A stretch of 64,000 nucleotides of DNA from Acidobacteriota bacterium (GCA_963666055.2 CAXWPH010000014.1:512001-576000), one strand, 5' to 3'; positions 45,492-57,013 are shown, numbered from the stretch's first letter. Notes: a model not told the origin generated them from the sequence alone. Numbers and translations: made by a program.

Positions 45492-46202
45492 CTATTCGAG
45501 CAGCGGCTTGAGGATCGCCCACACTTGTTCGGCGACGATCCGGTGGCCCTCGGCGTTGGGATGGATGCCGTCGGCGAGGTTGAGTTCCGGGCGCGCCGCA
45601 ACGCCCTCCAACAGGAAGGGAATCAGCGCGGCGTCGTTGGCTCGCGCCAGCTCCGGAAACAGGTTGCGGAACTCCGCGGTGTATTCGGGGCCGAGATTGG
45701 GTGGCGCCAGCATTCCGGCGACGACGACCTTGACCTCCGGGTACTTCGCGCGGGTCTTGTCGATGATGGCTTGCAGGTTGTCGCGCGTCAGCCCGAGCGG
45801 CAGGCCGCGGAGCATGTCGTTGGCGCCGAGCTCGAGCACCAAAACATCGATGCGACGACGCAGCAGCCAGTCGATGCGGCGCGAGCCGCCGGCCGAGGTA
45901 TCGCCGGGGACACCCGCGTTGAGAACCTCGACACCTGACCCTTGGTGCTCGAGACGCCGGGCGATCAGGTTGGGGAAGGACTCCTCTACCGGCAGCCCGT
46001 AGCCCGCCGTCAGGCTGTCGCCGAGAAAGAGGATCGTCTTGGCTTCCTGCCGGAGCCCGGTGGTGGTGGGCGGCGAGCCGCTGTTGGAGATCGACCCCCC
46101 CGCAGGAGTGCCTACGACTGCCGCGGTCGCCATACCGACGGCAACGATTGCCGCCAGCGCAGCTCCAGAGTGCCGCCCTCGATTATCGTGCGTTCGGTTC
46201 AT
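45492..46202 (-). CDS. tesA: GDSL arylesterase / acyl-CoA thioesterase I
   Basis: FLGDSLTAG, NAGVPGDT, LGAND, DGIHP. Confidence 0.93.
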   Translation of the reverse strand: MNRTHDNRGRHSGAALAAIVAVGMATAAVVGTPAGGSISNSGSPPTTTGLRQEAKTILFLGDSLTAGYGLPVEESFPNLIARRLEHQGSGVEVLNAGVPGDTSAGGSRRIDWLLRRRIDVLVLELGANDMLRGLPLGLTRDNLQAIIDKTRAKYPEVKVVVAGMLAPPNLGPEYTAEFRNLFPELARANDAALIPFLLEGVAARPELNLADGIHPNAEGHRIVAEQVWAILKPLLE

Positions 46203-46278
46203 CGGTTGGTCATCGCCGCGACATACAGGTCGGCCGCGGACAGCACCACCTCCCTGACACTCATACTATAGAGGTGCC

Positions 46279-46975
46279 ATGAGCCAAGGTGCCGTCCTGA
46301 GAGTCGACAAGCTGACCAAGCGCTACCCCAGCGCCGGGGGTGAGCTGACCGTGCTCGAGGATGTGAGCTTCACGCTCGAGGAGGGCGCCTCCTGCGCTTT
46401 GGTCGGCCCGTCGGGCAGCGGCAAGACAACGCTGCTCGGGCTGTGCGCCGGGCTCGACCGTCCGAGCACGGGTTCCGTCCGGCTCGTCGGGATCCCGCTC
46501 GAGGAAGCAGTCCGAGGATCGACTGGCGGAGATTCGCAATCAGCACGTCGGTTTCGTTTTCCAGACATTCCAGCTCATACCGACGCTCACGGCTGTGGAG
46601 AACGTGATGGTGCCGGCCGAGCTGCATGGCACCAACAACGCCGAGCGCCGGGCCCGCGAGTTGCTGAAGGTAACGGGACTCGAAGACCGCCTCGATCACT
46701 ATCCGGGGCAGCTCTCCGGCGGCGAGCAACAGCGCGTGTCGCTGGCGCGCGCTTTCATCAACCAACCCAAGATGCTGTTCGCCGACGAGCCCACCGGCAA
46801 CCTCGACATCGAGACCAGCGACCTGGTGGTCGAGCTGCTCTTCGACCTCAACCGCAAGGCCGGCACGACGTTGCTGCTGGTAACCCACGATCTCGAGCTC
46901 GCCGGCAAGGCCGAACGCATTATCCGGTTGCGTGGCGGTCGGGTGGCATCTGACCCCGAGGGCGGCGGGCGCTGA
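46279..46975 (+). CDS. ybbA: ABC transporter ATP-binding protein (+1 frameshift near 46510)
   Basis: GPSGSGKT, LSGGEQQRV, FADEPTGNLD; divergent from tesA as in tesA-ybbAP. Confidence 0.88.
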
Positions 46976-46976
46976 T

Positions 46977-49505
46977 ATGCGAGGCATCGCTTCACGGTGG
47001 GCCTGGCGGATGGCCTGGCGCGACAGCCGCGGCAGCCGGCGTCGCCTCCTTCTGTACGTCTCATCGATCGTCGCCGGAGTGGCGGCGCTCGTTGCTATCG
47101 GTAGTTTCCAGGCCAACCTGAACGCGGCGATCGAGGATCGCGCCAAGACGTTGCTCGGCGCCGATCTGCGCATCGACAGCCAGCGCGCCTTCTCCGCCGA
47201 GGCCGAGGAGTTGTTGCGATCATTGTCCCCCCTGCAGTCGCGGCAGGTCGAATTCGCCTCGATGGCCTACTTTCCGGGGCCCGACACGTCGCGGCTGGTA
47301 TCGGTACGCGCTCTCGAAGGCGGGTTTCCCTACTACGGCGAGCTCGAAACGGATCCGATCGAGGCCGCCGCCGCGTTTCGCAACGGTCGCGAGGCCCTGG
47401 TCGACGACGGCCTGATGTTGCAGTTCGAGCTCCAGGTCGGCGACGAGGTGCGACTCGGGCAAACGACGTTCCGGATCGCCGGCCGCTTGCTGAACGTGGC
47501 CGGTGAGATCCCGACCCGGGCTCTGATCAGCCCGCGCGTTTACATTCCGATGGCAGAGCTCGTCGCGACCGAGCTGATCCAGCTCGGCAGTCGCGCCGGA
47601 TACACGGCGTACATCGCCTTCGACGATCCGCTGCTCGACCCCGACGTGCTGGTTGAAGAGCTCCGCCCGCGCCTTCGCGACCTGCGATTGCGCGCCGATA
47701 CGGTGCAGCGTCGCAAAAAAAACGTCGGCACCGCGCTGTCGAACCTCAACGCGTTCTTGACCTTGGTGGGTTTCAGCGCGCTGCTGCTCGGCTCGGTCGG
47801 GGTAGCCAGCTCGATCCATCTGTACGTCAGCGGCAAGCTCGAGACGGTAGCGGTGTTGCGTTGCCTGGGGGCCAAGCCCTCCAGCGCGGTGAGCATTTTC
47901 GTCATCCAAATCATGGTTCTCGGCCTGGTCGGCGCCGGCTTCGGGGCGGCTACCGGCGTCGCCGTGCAAATGGCCCTGCCGCTCGTCCTGGCCGGCTTCC
48001 TGCCCACCGACATCCCCTTCTTCATCGCGCCGCTGGCAATTCTCGAGGGCGTTGCCGTGGGCACCAGCGTGGCCCTGCTTTTCGGCTCGTTTCCGTTGCT
48101 GGCGGTGCGTGACGTCAGCCCGCTGCTCGCCCTCCGGGCGCTCGGCGAAGAGAAGGCCGCGGCGCGCAAGGACCCGCGCCGCTGGTTCCTGGCGGCTTTG
48201 ATCGTGGCCGCGGGCGCCGCGTATCTGATGCTCACCAGCCCATCGCCACGTACCGGCGCGATCCTCTTCGGCGGCATGCTGGGTGTGTTCGCGCTGTTGT
48301 TCATCGTCGCGCAGCTGATCATGCGGTTGGCCCGTGCTCTGCCCACCGCGGGGCTGAGGTACGAGACGCGGCAGGGCCTTGCCAATTTGTACCGGCCGCG
48401 CAACCAGACCTCGCTGCTGATGCTGTCGCTCGGCCTCGGAACCTTCTTGATCCTCACACTGATCCTTATCCAGGCGTCGTTGGTGGCGGGGGTCGGCGAG
48501 GTGCTCGACGAGAACGAGCTCGATCTGATCGTTTGGGACATCCAGGCCGATCAGATCGACGGGGTGCGGGCCGCCTTCGACACCGAGAACCTACCTGTGG
48601 AACGGACTTTCCCGGTCGTTCCGATGCGCATTTCCCACGTCGAAGGCACGTCCGTCACCGCCGAGGACCGGCGGTCCTGGGCGACGCGCTGGGACTACTC
48701 GGCTACCTATCGGCGCGAGCTGCGCGGGTCCGAGCGGGTCGTCGCGGGCGAATGGATCGGGCGCGTCGATCCCGACATTGATCCCGTGCCGATCTCGATC
48801 GACCGCCAGGTGGCCGAAGATCTCGGTGTGGAGGTCGGCGGCGAGCTTGTTTTCGACGTGCAGGGGATTTCGCTCAACACCGTCGTGGCCAGCATCCGTG
48901 GCGTCGAGTGGGAGCAGGAGCCGCCCAACTTCTTGGTCGTCTTTCCCGAAGGCGCGCTCGAGGCAGCGCCGCAGTTTCACGTCATCGTTTCGAGCACCAG
49001 CACACCGACTGAATCAGCGGCGATCCAGCGGCGGCTGGTGCGCGAGTTTCCCAACGTGGCGATCATCGACTTGAACTTCGTAATGCAAACCGTCGAGGAG
49101 GTCCTCGACGAGATCTCTTTCGTGATCCGCTTCATGGCGCTGTTCACGGTGGCCACCGGCATCGTCGTGCTCGTTGCGGCCGTTGTCACGAGTCGATTGC
49201 AGCGCGTTCGCGAGGGCGTTCTGTTGCGCACGCTCGGTGCCTCGCGCGCCCAGATCAACCGCATCCTGCGCGCCGAGTACTTGTTTCTCGGCGCCTTCGC
49301 GGCGCTGACCGGATTGTCTCTGTCGATCGTCGCCGCCTGGCTGCTGGCCCGCTACCTCTTCGATGTCACCTTCGTGGCGCCACTCGGTGCACTGGTGGGC
49401 GCCGCCACACTGGTCGTGCTCGCGACACTGATGGTCGGCATGATCAGCAGTCGCGGCATCTGCAATCGGCCGCCGCTCGAGGTACTGCGTTCCGACGTTG
49501 GTTAA
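46977..49505 (+). CDS. ybbP: ABC transporter permease (double FtsX-like)
   Basis: MAWRDSRGSRRRLLL, LLGADL, FPYYG, LRCLGA, LRTLGAS. Confidence 0.9.
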   Translation: MRGIASRWAWRMAWRDSRGSRRRLLLYVSSIVAGVAALVAIGSFQANLNAAIEDRAKTLLGADLRIDSQRAFSAEAEELLRSLSPLQSRQVEFASMAYFPGPDTSRLVSVRALEGGFPYYGELETDPIEAAAAFRNGREALVDDGLMLQFELQVGDEVRLGQTTFRIAGRLLNVAGEIPTRALISPRVYIPMAELVATELIQLGSRAGYTAYIAFDDPLLDPDVLVEELRPRLRDLRLRADTVQRRKKNVGTALSNLNAFLTLVGFSALLLGSVGVASSIHLYVSGKLETVAVLRCLGAKPSSAVSIFVIQIMVLGLVGAGFGAATGVAVQMALPLVLAGFLPTDIPFFIAPLAILEGVAVGTSVALLFGSFPLLAVRDVSPLLALRALGEEKAAARKDPRRWFLAALIVAAGAAYLMLTSPSPRTGAILFGGMLGVFALLFIVAQLIMRLARALPTAGLRYETRQGLANLYRPRNQTSLLMLSLGLGTFLILTLILIQASLVAGVGEVLDENELDLIVWDIQADQIDGVRAAFDTENLPVERTFPVVPMRISHVEGTSVTAEDRRSWATRWDYSATYRRELRGSERVVAGEWIGRVDPDIDPVPISIDRQVAEDLGVEVGGELVFDVQGISLNTVVASIRGVEWEQEPPNFLVVFPEGALEAAPQFHVIVSSTSTPTESAAIQRRLVREFPNVAIIDLNFVMQTVEEVLDEISFVIRFMALFTVATGIVVLVAAVVTSRLQRVREGVLLRTLGASRAQINRILRAEYLFLGAFAALTGLSLSIVAAWLLARYLFDVTFVAPLGALVGAATLVVLATLMVGMISSRGICNRPPLEVLRSDVG

Positions 49506-49632
49506 ATTAGGCTGGTTCCCCCGGTTGACTACTTCCAGAAACAGGAACGGCGGCGACCCTCGGACGCGCGTTTGAACTGCGGACCTGTTGATTACGAATC
49601 GTCGTTGGCGCCGCCATCCTCTCATGCCCGAC

Positions 49633-50379
49633 TCATCCGGAAGGAGGGCTCTTGCCGGCGGCCAATCTCATCCGCAGCAGCACCCAGGCGACGCGCAGCG
49701 TTTCACTCAAGGTGACCTTCGATTCGCCGCCGGCGCGGACGCGATAGTGAATCGGCACCTCGGTGATGCCGACACCCGACCGGTGTAGACGGAAGAGGAG
49801 CTCGAGATGGGTCGCGTGGCCGCCGCTGCGGATAGCATCGAGATCGACCGCACCGAGCGCCTCGCGCCTATAGCATCGATACCCTGTGCTGCAGTCGGCG
49901 TACGGCAGACTGAGGACCGTTGCGGCGAAACCGTTCGCCAACCTCGACAACAGGCGGCGCTTGCCGCTGAGGTCGGCCGCTCCGCCAGCGATATAGCGGG
50001 AGCCGATCACGACCTCGGCGTCGGCAGCGGCGGCAAGAATCGGCGTCAAGCTGGCGGCCTCGTGAGAGCCGTCACCGTCCATCTCGACGATGAGATCGGG
50101 GGGGTCCGGTGACTCCAGAAGCCGCCCGAAAGCATCGACGACCGCATCTCCCCTGCCCTTCGAGCGTTGGCGCGACATCAGATGCAAGCGGTCGAACCGC
50201 TGCATCAACTCCTCGACGACCGCGGCGGTTCCGTCAGGCGAGTTGTCGTCGACGACCCATACCTCGAGCTCCACATCGCCATCCTGCCGGAAGATTTCGT
50301 CGACGAGCTGCGGGAGCGTCGCCCTCTCGCAGTAAACGGGGATGACGACCGTGGCCCGCTGGCGCGGCGTTGCGCTCAC
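49633..50379 (-). CDS. GT2 polyprenol-phosphate glycosyltransferase (PPM synthase-like)
   Basis: VVIPVYCE, VVDDNSPDGT, EMDGDGSH, VIGSRY, DCSTGYR. Confidence 0.92.
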   Translation of the reverse strand: MSATPRQRATVVIPVYCERATLPQLVDEIFRQDGDVELEVWVVDDNSPDGTAAVVEELMQRFDRLHLMSRQRSKGRGDAVVDAFGRLLESPDPPDLIVEMDGDGSHEAASLTPILAAAADAEVVIGSRYIAGGAADLSGKRRLLSRLANGFAATVLSLPYADCSTGYRCYRREALGAVDLDAIRSGGHATHLELLFRLHRSGVGITEVPIHYRVRAGGESKVTLSETLRVAWVLLRMRLAAGKSPPSG

Positions 50380-50433
50380 GATTGGGTGGTGACGAAAGCT
50401 TGCATGCGCGTGAAAGGTTATCGTATTGATCGC

Positions 50434-52531
50434 ATGAAGACGCCAACCACAGTCCAGCGAGTGCTCCACGTGGCGCGGCTGATCGCCGCCGCCGCGTTAC
50501 TCTTGAGGGTCGGCGGCTACGGTGCGGCCATGATTCCCTCGGCGTATGTGTGCCTGGCCATCCTCGTGGCCCTTCTAGCGGCCGGACGCTGGGCCGCCGC
50601 CGTTCATTCTCATGGCCGCGCGCAGGTCGTCGCGGACCTGCGCGTCTGGGCTTCCGCCAACAGCTTCTGGCTCGGGCTGTCGGCCGTGGCCCTGCTTGCC
50701 ACGGTCGTGCGGTTGGCCGCGATCACCCAGGACCTTGGCCACGTGGCGCCCGGTATCGACGAGAATCGGCTCAACTCGAGCATCCTCGGTTTCTTCCGCA
50801 CCGGTGAGATCGACCACCGCACGGTCGAGCACTATCCCGGCATTCATTACTGGCTGCTGACGGGCAGCTACCTCCTCGCCTATTTGCGCGGACTGATGGA
50901 TGGTCTGGCTGAAACGTTTGCGAGGATGCCGCGCGAAATCTTTTTTGCGGCCGGCCGGCTGGTGAGCGCCGCCGAAAGCGTCGCCACCGTCGTCCTTGTC
51001 GGGCTGTTGGGCCGGCGTCTGGCCGGAGCCACGACCGGGCTGTGGGCGGCTGGCTTGCTCGCGATCGCGCCTCTCTCGATCAGCCTCGGCCGTCAGCTGC
51101 GCAACGACGCGGCCCAGACGATGGTTCATCGTCGCCGCCGTCTATGTCGCCCTCGGCGTGCATCGGCGCGGCCACGCGGGGTACGCACCGGCGTTGGCGG
51201 GCGCTCTCGCCGGGTTGGCCGCCGGCGTCAAATACACCGGTGTTTTCGTGCTCGTACCCGTGCTGCTCGCCGCGGTGAGCACGGAAGACACGGCGCGCTG
51301 CGGCCGGGCCTTCGTTCTCGCCGGAAGCGGGTTCATCGCCGCGGCGCTGATCTCGAACCACTTCGTCGTCACCGATCTGCCGAGACTTGTCTACCAGCTC
51401 TCCGCGCAGGTGGCGATCACCGGCCCGGCGCACTGGGCGGCCCAGGACAACCCCGCCACGTTCCACGTCATGGTCCTCGTCAACCGTGTCGTTGGCTGGC
51501 CGCTGCTCATTCTCGGCGCCGTCACCGTCGCCTCTCACCTCGCGGCGGGCAGATGGCGCTGGTGGCTGTTCGCGGTGTATCCGCTCGTCTACATCGGGTT
51601 CGTCTCCAGTCGCCCTTCGCAGCTGCCACGCTGGGTGTACCCGGCGGCGCCGTTCGCCGCGATCGCGGCCGCGGCGGGGCTCGTGGCGGTGACGGCGTAC
51701 CTGGGCCGGCGCGCCGATGCTGTCGCCCGGCCCGCCCCCCGGTTCGCCTGGGCTGCGGGTCCAATCGTGGCGCTCATGCTCGTGTCGCCTGTCGTCTGGC
51801 GCACGGCCACGGAGTTGAACCGCCGCTTCGGGACGCCGACCTACCGGATCGCCGAGGAATGGCTCGAGCACAACACGTCGGTCGGTGACAGCCTTCTCAT
51901 CCAGAGACGGTGGCTCGATCTCGACCGTCGACGGTTTGACCTGAATCGTGTCGTCTCGCTGCAGAAATGGCTCGATGGCGGTCTTCATGCGCTCGGCGCA
52001 CACGACTGGATCGTCGTCCAGGAGACGCTTCTCCGTCATCCGATTCTCGAGGAGCTGACTCGGGTCGAATACATTACCGTCGACGCCTTCCTCGGTGGCA
52101 ACCAGGGCCCCGACTTCGCGGTCTTCGAGGCGCCAAGAATCCCCGCTGCCGATGTACCCCTCGAGCTGCGCTTGGACGGCAACGAGGCTCTTGACTTCCT
52201 CGGCCCCGAATGGTCCAAAAAACCCGATCCGCGGCCTGGTCTGGCGCTCCCACCGACCGGTGCGAGCTTGTTCCTACCACCACTCGGCACCTTCGACCGC
52301 ACACTCGACGTCGTCGTTGCCCCGGCCGATGAGGGCGCGCCGCTCGTCCTCGAATTCGAGTCGACAGGGCGGGAGCTGGTCGCGACCCGCATGCCCGCGG
52401 CACCGGGCGGCGTGCAGACGTTCACTATAGAGCTTTCGATTCGTCGCTTCGGTGCGGGCGTCGTTGGTGTTTTCATCCGCCCGCGCGTCAGTGGCGCTCC
52501 AATGCGCGTGCTACGAATCCGCATGTACTGA
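50434..52531 (+). CDS. GT-C fold (GT39/ArnT-like) membrane glycosyltransferase (+1 frameshift near 51124)
   Basis: GIDE first-loop motif, HYPG, GRLVSA, GLAAGVKY, many TMs. ORFs 50167..51888 and 50996..52531 join by removing one G. Confidence 0.8.
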
Positions 52532-52653
52532 TCCGCCCGCGGCGGCGCGCGGCTCGAGATGCGCTTGCGCGACCCCCTGAGCGGATACTTTCAAACCGGG
52601 ACATGCTGATCGTCCTGGCCAATCCCGATCCAAACGTTCGGGCGCCACGAGAC

Positions 52654-54474
52654 CTAGCGGCCCAGGTCGGCTCGGTACGAGCTCAGGAATCTCCGCAGCG
52701 CCTCCTTGCGACGTTCGAAGCCGTCAATTCGGTGGTACTCACGGAAGCCGGTCAATGCAGACTGCACGTCGAAGCTCGCGACGTACGCATAGTTGCGGTC
52801 TGGGATATCTCCCTCGGCGAGTCGATTCTCCGTGTTGAGAGCCAGCCGCCCAAACAAAACGGTGCCCATCAAGAACGCCAAGGTGATCGACAAGCGTGCC
52901 AACGACCGTGCGAGCTCGTCTGACGCAGAGACGCGGTCTTGACCTTGGCGGCGATAGCGATCGATCAAACCTGCAGCCAGCCGCGTCAGAACGAAGATCG
53001 AGCCGGTGAGAATGAGGATCAGCGCGGCCGGAAGAAAGAGCTTGGAGTTCCCCGAGCGCCACCCCCGAAGGGCCGACGCCAGCCCGTATTCCAGCGACAG
53101 CAACCACAGTAGGCTGGCAGACAAAACGACCAGAAGATCTGCCCCCACAAGCCGGTCGTGCGAGCGGGCCCAGAGCCAGACACCGGCAAGCATGGCGACG
53201 GCCAAGACCCATGCGGCCCTTTCTACGTCCAGCAGCCCGGCAATCGCGGCCCTCTGGCCGGCGAATACAGCACTCCAGGTGTAAAACTGACTCGGACCTT
53301 GGAGGAGCATGAGAAACGACCAAAGGCACGACAGCGCCGTTGCCACGACCCAGACCCTGCGTTTCGCCACCTGTGCGATTCCGTCAGTAGATCGGGCGTC
53401 AGCGATGACGCGCACGACCGCGGGGACGAGAACCACCGCTGCCGGAGCCATGCCACGCACGCCGTACGTGCGGGTACCCAGCCACCACACGTGCCAGGCA
53501 GCCTGTATCCAAAGGTTGATGGCTACAGCGACTATCGCGCCCGCCCACAAGATCCGTTCGCGGCGCGAGGTGGAGCGAATCAAGCAGATCACGGCGGCGA
53601 CGAAGCCGAGTGCGTAGAGCGGATGGTAAACAAGCAGGCCGTGCCATGGGTGCGCCACAACCGGAAAGAACAGCGGATCAAGCCAATTGATGCTGCGGAA
53701 CACTGAATCTCCGAAGACATACGGCGACGATGCAACCGAGCCCGTCATCCAACGATTCACGATCCCTTGCTGAAAGACTGCGATCAGCAACGGAGCCAAC
53801 AGCAGAAGCGCAGCCACCAACCTGTGGCGCGCTCCCTCGTTGGAGTCTCTGCCGATGCCGGAGCGTGCGAAACCGACGTCGAAGATTCTCCCGGCAGCGA
53901 GTAGCAGCGCGGGCAACGCGTAGACGGCATAGTGGGACCGAATCGCGACGAGCAGCGCCGTTGAACAGCCAACGGTCCAGCTCGATGCGACGAGCCCTTC
54001 GTCCGGGTCGACGGCACTTGCTACGAGCAACGCTACAAAGGCAATCGCTAGCGATTCCGAGGCGTGAGAGCGGCTAAGGAAGCCGGCGTGCGTTCCCAGA
54101 AACGCCGCGCCTGCTCCCAGGGCTGTGAGAGCGAAGGTGCCGCGCGACGCCCAGGCAAGTATGCGGAAGTAGGCCCACCAAAACAGCAGCGTGGAGAGCC
54201 ATCCGGCGACAAGGGGTGCAAGGTTGGCGTCGACGACATTTCCGAGCACCAACCAAGGCACGACAAACAACATCCCTGGACCGGGCGACCAGTGCGTCAA
54301 GGGGAGCCCCAGCGGGGAGCCAACGCTACTCTGGATCAAAAAGATGTCGCCGCCACGGAGCGCGACAACCCATGCCCGATAGCGGCCGATGTCAGATCCG
54401 CCGATCGATCCGGCCAGCAGGCACGCCGCGAGGATCACGAGCACGACTGACGGATGTATGCTGATTCGGCGCAT
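52654..54474 (-). CDS. Polytopic membrane protein, probable GT-C glycosyltransferase-like
   Basis: More than 12 hydrophobic segments; HGLLVYHP and WWLGTRTYGVR motifs. Confidence 0.7.
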   Translation of the reverse strand: MRRISIHPSVVLVILAACLLAGSIGGSDIGRYRAWVVALRGGDIFLIQSSVGSPLGLPLTHWSPGPGMLFVVPWLVLGNVVDANLAPLVAGWLSTLLFWWAYFRILAWASRGTFALTALGAGAAFLGTHAGFLSRSHASESLAIAFVALLVASAVDPDEGLVASSWTVGCSTALLVAIRSHYAVYALPALLLAAGRIFDVGFARSGIGRDSNEGARHRLVAALLLLAPLLIAVFQQGIVNRWMTGSVASSPYVFGDSVFRSINWLDPLFFPVVAHPWHGLLVYHPLYALGFVAAVICLIRSTSRRERILWAGAIVAVAINLWIQAAWHVWWLGTRTYGVRGMAPAAVVLVPAVVRVIADARSTDGIAQVAKRRVWVVATALSCLWSFLMLLQGPSQFYTWSAVFAGQRAAIAGLLDVERAAWVLAVAMLAGVWLWARSHDRLVGADLLVVLSASLLWLLSLEYGLASALRGWRSGNSKLFLPAALILILTGSIFVLTRLAAGLIDRYRRQGQDRVSASDELARSLARLSITLAFLMGTVLFGRLALNTENRLAEGDIPDRNYAYVASFDVQSALTGFREYHRIDGFERRKEALRRFLSSYRADLGR

Positions 54475-54543
54475 GGCAGTGTCTGAGGATACGCTCCCGC
54501 CGGGCAACGACATACCGCGAGAGCAACAGATTGGAGAAAAATC

Positions 54544-55020
54544 ATGGGTACCGACGTCGAATCCCTCGAAGAGCTCCGATTGAGCGTTGGACGCCTGCAA
54601 CGGCACAATCGATGGCTGGCCCTCTTCAGCGCACTAGTCGGGCTCGGACTCGTTCTGAGCGTCATCTCGCCAGTGAGCATTGTGCGATCACGCCGCTACG
54701 CGTTGCATGACGACCGCGATCGTCAGCGAGGAATGTGGCGAGTCCGAAACAACGCGCCGGCGATGATCCTGCAGGACGACCGAGGCGTCTGGCGCGCCGT
54801 CATCACGATCGCCGCCGAGGGTCCCCGTCTGACTTTCAATAGTCCTCTCGGTGAGCCGTTGATCACGCTCAGCACGCCGGGGCCGCAAGCTTTCTTCGCG
54901 ATGCACGATCAGCAAGGTCGGCCCCGTCTCCAGATGACGGTCTCGGACGACGGCGGCAGACTCGTGTTCCTTGATGCGGATGGGCAGACAATGGCGGCGT
55001 TCTCGGAGCCACCCCATTGA
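54544..55020 (+). CDS. Hypothetical single-TM protein with beta-strand repeats
   Basis: GGAG RBS; coiled coil, TM, repeated LxDxxGxxR units. Confidence 0.75.
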   Translation: MGTDVESLEELRLSVGRLQRHNRWLALFSALVGLGLVLSVISPVSIVRSRRYALHDDRDRQRGMWRVRNNAPAMILQDDRGVWRAVITIAAEGPRLTFNSPLGEPLITLSTPGPQAFFAMHDQQGRPRLQMTVSDDGGRLVFLDADGQTMAAFSEPPH

Positions 55021-55159
55021 CTCACGGCTCAGGGGCGAGACGATCCTGTTTTTGTCACGCACAATGGACCTGTCGACGGCAGTACGCCTGTCGAGGAGCT
55101 CTACTATCGCGATCCGGACGGCTCCTTGACGGTCGTCGAGGTGGGGCGGCTCACCCGCC

Positions 55160-55399
55160 CAGACGATCGAGATCGAGGTCGACGGTGAGGTCGTCACTCG
55201 GCTCGAGCTGGAAAAGGAAATGCGCGAGTACTCGGTGCGTATTCGCGCCGAGAGCGTGCGACGTACCTTCAGCGAGATCCGCTTCCGCTACGGCTATTCG
55301 ATCGCTCCTCGCGATGTAGACGGGGCGCGAGACGATCCCCGCAGTCCGGCGGTGCTGTTCGACTGGGTCGAGATTGCCCGAGACGATCAGCGCAGATAG
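55160..55399 (+). pseudogene. Orphan C-terminal gene fragment (beta-sandwich-like)
   Basis: QTIEIEVDGEVVTRLELEKEMREYSVRI...DDPRSPAVLFDWVEIARDDQRR* reads as protein but has no proper start. Confidence 0.5.
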
Positions 55400-56790
55400 C
55401 CGAGACTGCGAAGCGTCTCGGCTAATTCCGCCTCGTATTCGAACTCTCCGGTGCCCAGCTTCGCCGCCAAGGCCTGGCTCGTGATGATCCAGCGATCGAG
55501 CAGGGTCGCGAGGGCGTCGAAGTCCTCAGCTCTCTCCTGGGCGAGGTTGTTCATCTCGTCGACGTCGGCGTGCGTGTCGAACAGGGCGATGGTCTCGGTT
55601 CCCCGCGAGACGCCGCGGATGAGCTTGAGCGGATCCGATATCACGGCGCCGAGCCTGCCGCGCAGGTCGGCGAAGTAGACCGTCGGCTCGGCTCCGCCGG
55701 TCATCTCGGGCAGCAGGCTCCAACCGTTGGACTCGGGCAGCGCCTCGAGGCCGGCAACTTCCAGCATCGTCGGGGCGACATCCACCACCCCGCTGAGCGC
55801 CGAAACACGGTCACCGCCCCAGCGGGATGCAGGGAACTTGATGACCAGCGGGATCTGCAGGGTCTCGCGGTACAGGCTCTTGCGGTGTCCCTTGTTGCCG
55901 TGTTCGAAAAACTCGTCGCCGTGGTCGGCGGTCACGATCACCATCGTTTCGTCCCACAAGCCGCGGCGTTTCAACTGCTGAAAAAGCCGCCCGAGGAACA
56001 TGTCGACCAGAGCGATCTCGCCGTCGTACAGCGCCACGACGTGCTCGAGGTCCAGCCGATCCATATCGGGGTTGATCACCGCCGAGCGCTCGAAGCGGCG
56101 GCTGCTGATGTCGCCCTCGTAGTCGGGATCGAACATCAACTGGAAGGGATAGGGCGGGATGTAGTCGTAATGGACGTCCCAGTAGTGGAGGAACAGAAAA
56201 AAGGGTTCGGTGCCGGAGTCGTCGAGCAGCTCGAGCGCCCGCTGGTGTGTTTTGAGAGACGTTCTTCCGACGTGCGAGGCGCTGTTGTTGGCGAAAAAGA
56301 GCGTCTCGTCGTCGTAGACGTCGAACCCCTGGGCGAAGCCGAACTGGTGGTTCAGGTAGGGGGCGGCAACCACCGCCGCGGTGCGCCAGCCGTTGCGTTG
56401 AAAAACCTCCGAGACCAGCGTCGCGGCGTCAGTGAGCTTCTTGCGGTCATTGATGACGCCGTGGACGCGGGAATTCAGCGAGCTCAGCATCGACATGTGC
56501 GCCGGCAAGGTCCAGGTCGAGCTGCTCACGGTATTCTCGAAGACCACACCCTCGGCTGCCAGGGCATCGATGTTCGGGCTCGTCTCGCGCTCGTAACCGT
56601 AGGTACCGAGATGATCGGCGCGGAGGCTGTCGATGGAGATTAAGACCACGTTCGGCCGCGCCACTCCGAAATCGACGGGCGCCACCGTGTCGCTGCTCGA
56701 GCAGGCGGCGGTCGCCGAGACCACGGCGACAGCGGCAACAGTGAACGTGCGCGCGGCGGATCGAGGCTTCGACGGCTGAAGGTGATTCAT
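55387..56790 (-). CDS. Sulfatase-like (alkaline phosphatase superfamily) lipoprotein
   Basis: Lipobox TAAC; PNVVLISIDSLRADHLG, WTLPAH, HYWDVH, TADHGDEFFEHG. Confidence 0.9.
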   Translation of the reverse strand: MNHLQPSKPRSAARTFTVAAVAVVSATAACSSSDTVAPVDFGVARPNVVLISIDSLRADHLGTYGYERETSPNIDALAAEGVVFENTVSSSTWTLPAHMSMLSSLNSRVHGVINDRKKLTDAATLVSEVFQRNGWRTAAVVAAPYLNHQFGFAQGFDVYDDETLFFANNSASHVGRTSLKTHQRALELLDDSGTEPFFLFLHYWDVHYDYIPPYPFQLMFDPDYEGDISSRRFERSAVINPDMDRLDLEHVVALYDGEIALVDMFLGRLFQQLKRRGLWDETMVIVTADHGDEFFEHGNKGHRKSLYRETLQIPLVIKFPASRWGGDRVSALSGVVDVAPTMLEVAGLEALPESNGWSLLPEMTGGAEPTVYFADLRGRLGAVISDPLKLIRGVSRGTETIALFDTHADVDEMNNLAQERAEDFDALATLLDRWIITSQALAAKLGTGEFEYEAELAETLRSLGYLR

Positions 56791-57013
56791 CGAGTCGTTC
56801 CGGGAAGGCGGAACCGCAAGGCGCGAAGGGCACACACCCATGAACTTGCAGTGTATTGCCGCGATGGTGGCATGGAAAGGGGCGGCTGGGACCAGGATTC
56901 GGGCCCGTGTGTTGCGCGGGTCCCTCTCGATGAAGATTTGCCAGCTTCCATCGCGATGATCTCGGGCAATTTGTCGCTCTCCAAAGCCTGCCGCAGCCCA
57001 CCGGTCGCGGGGA

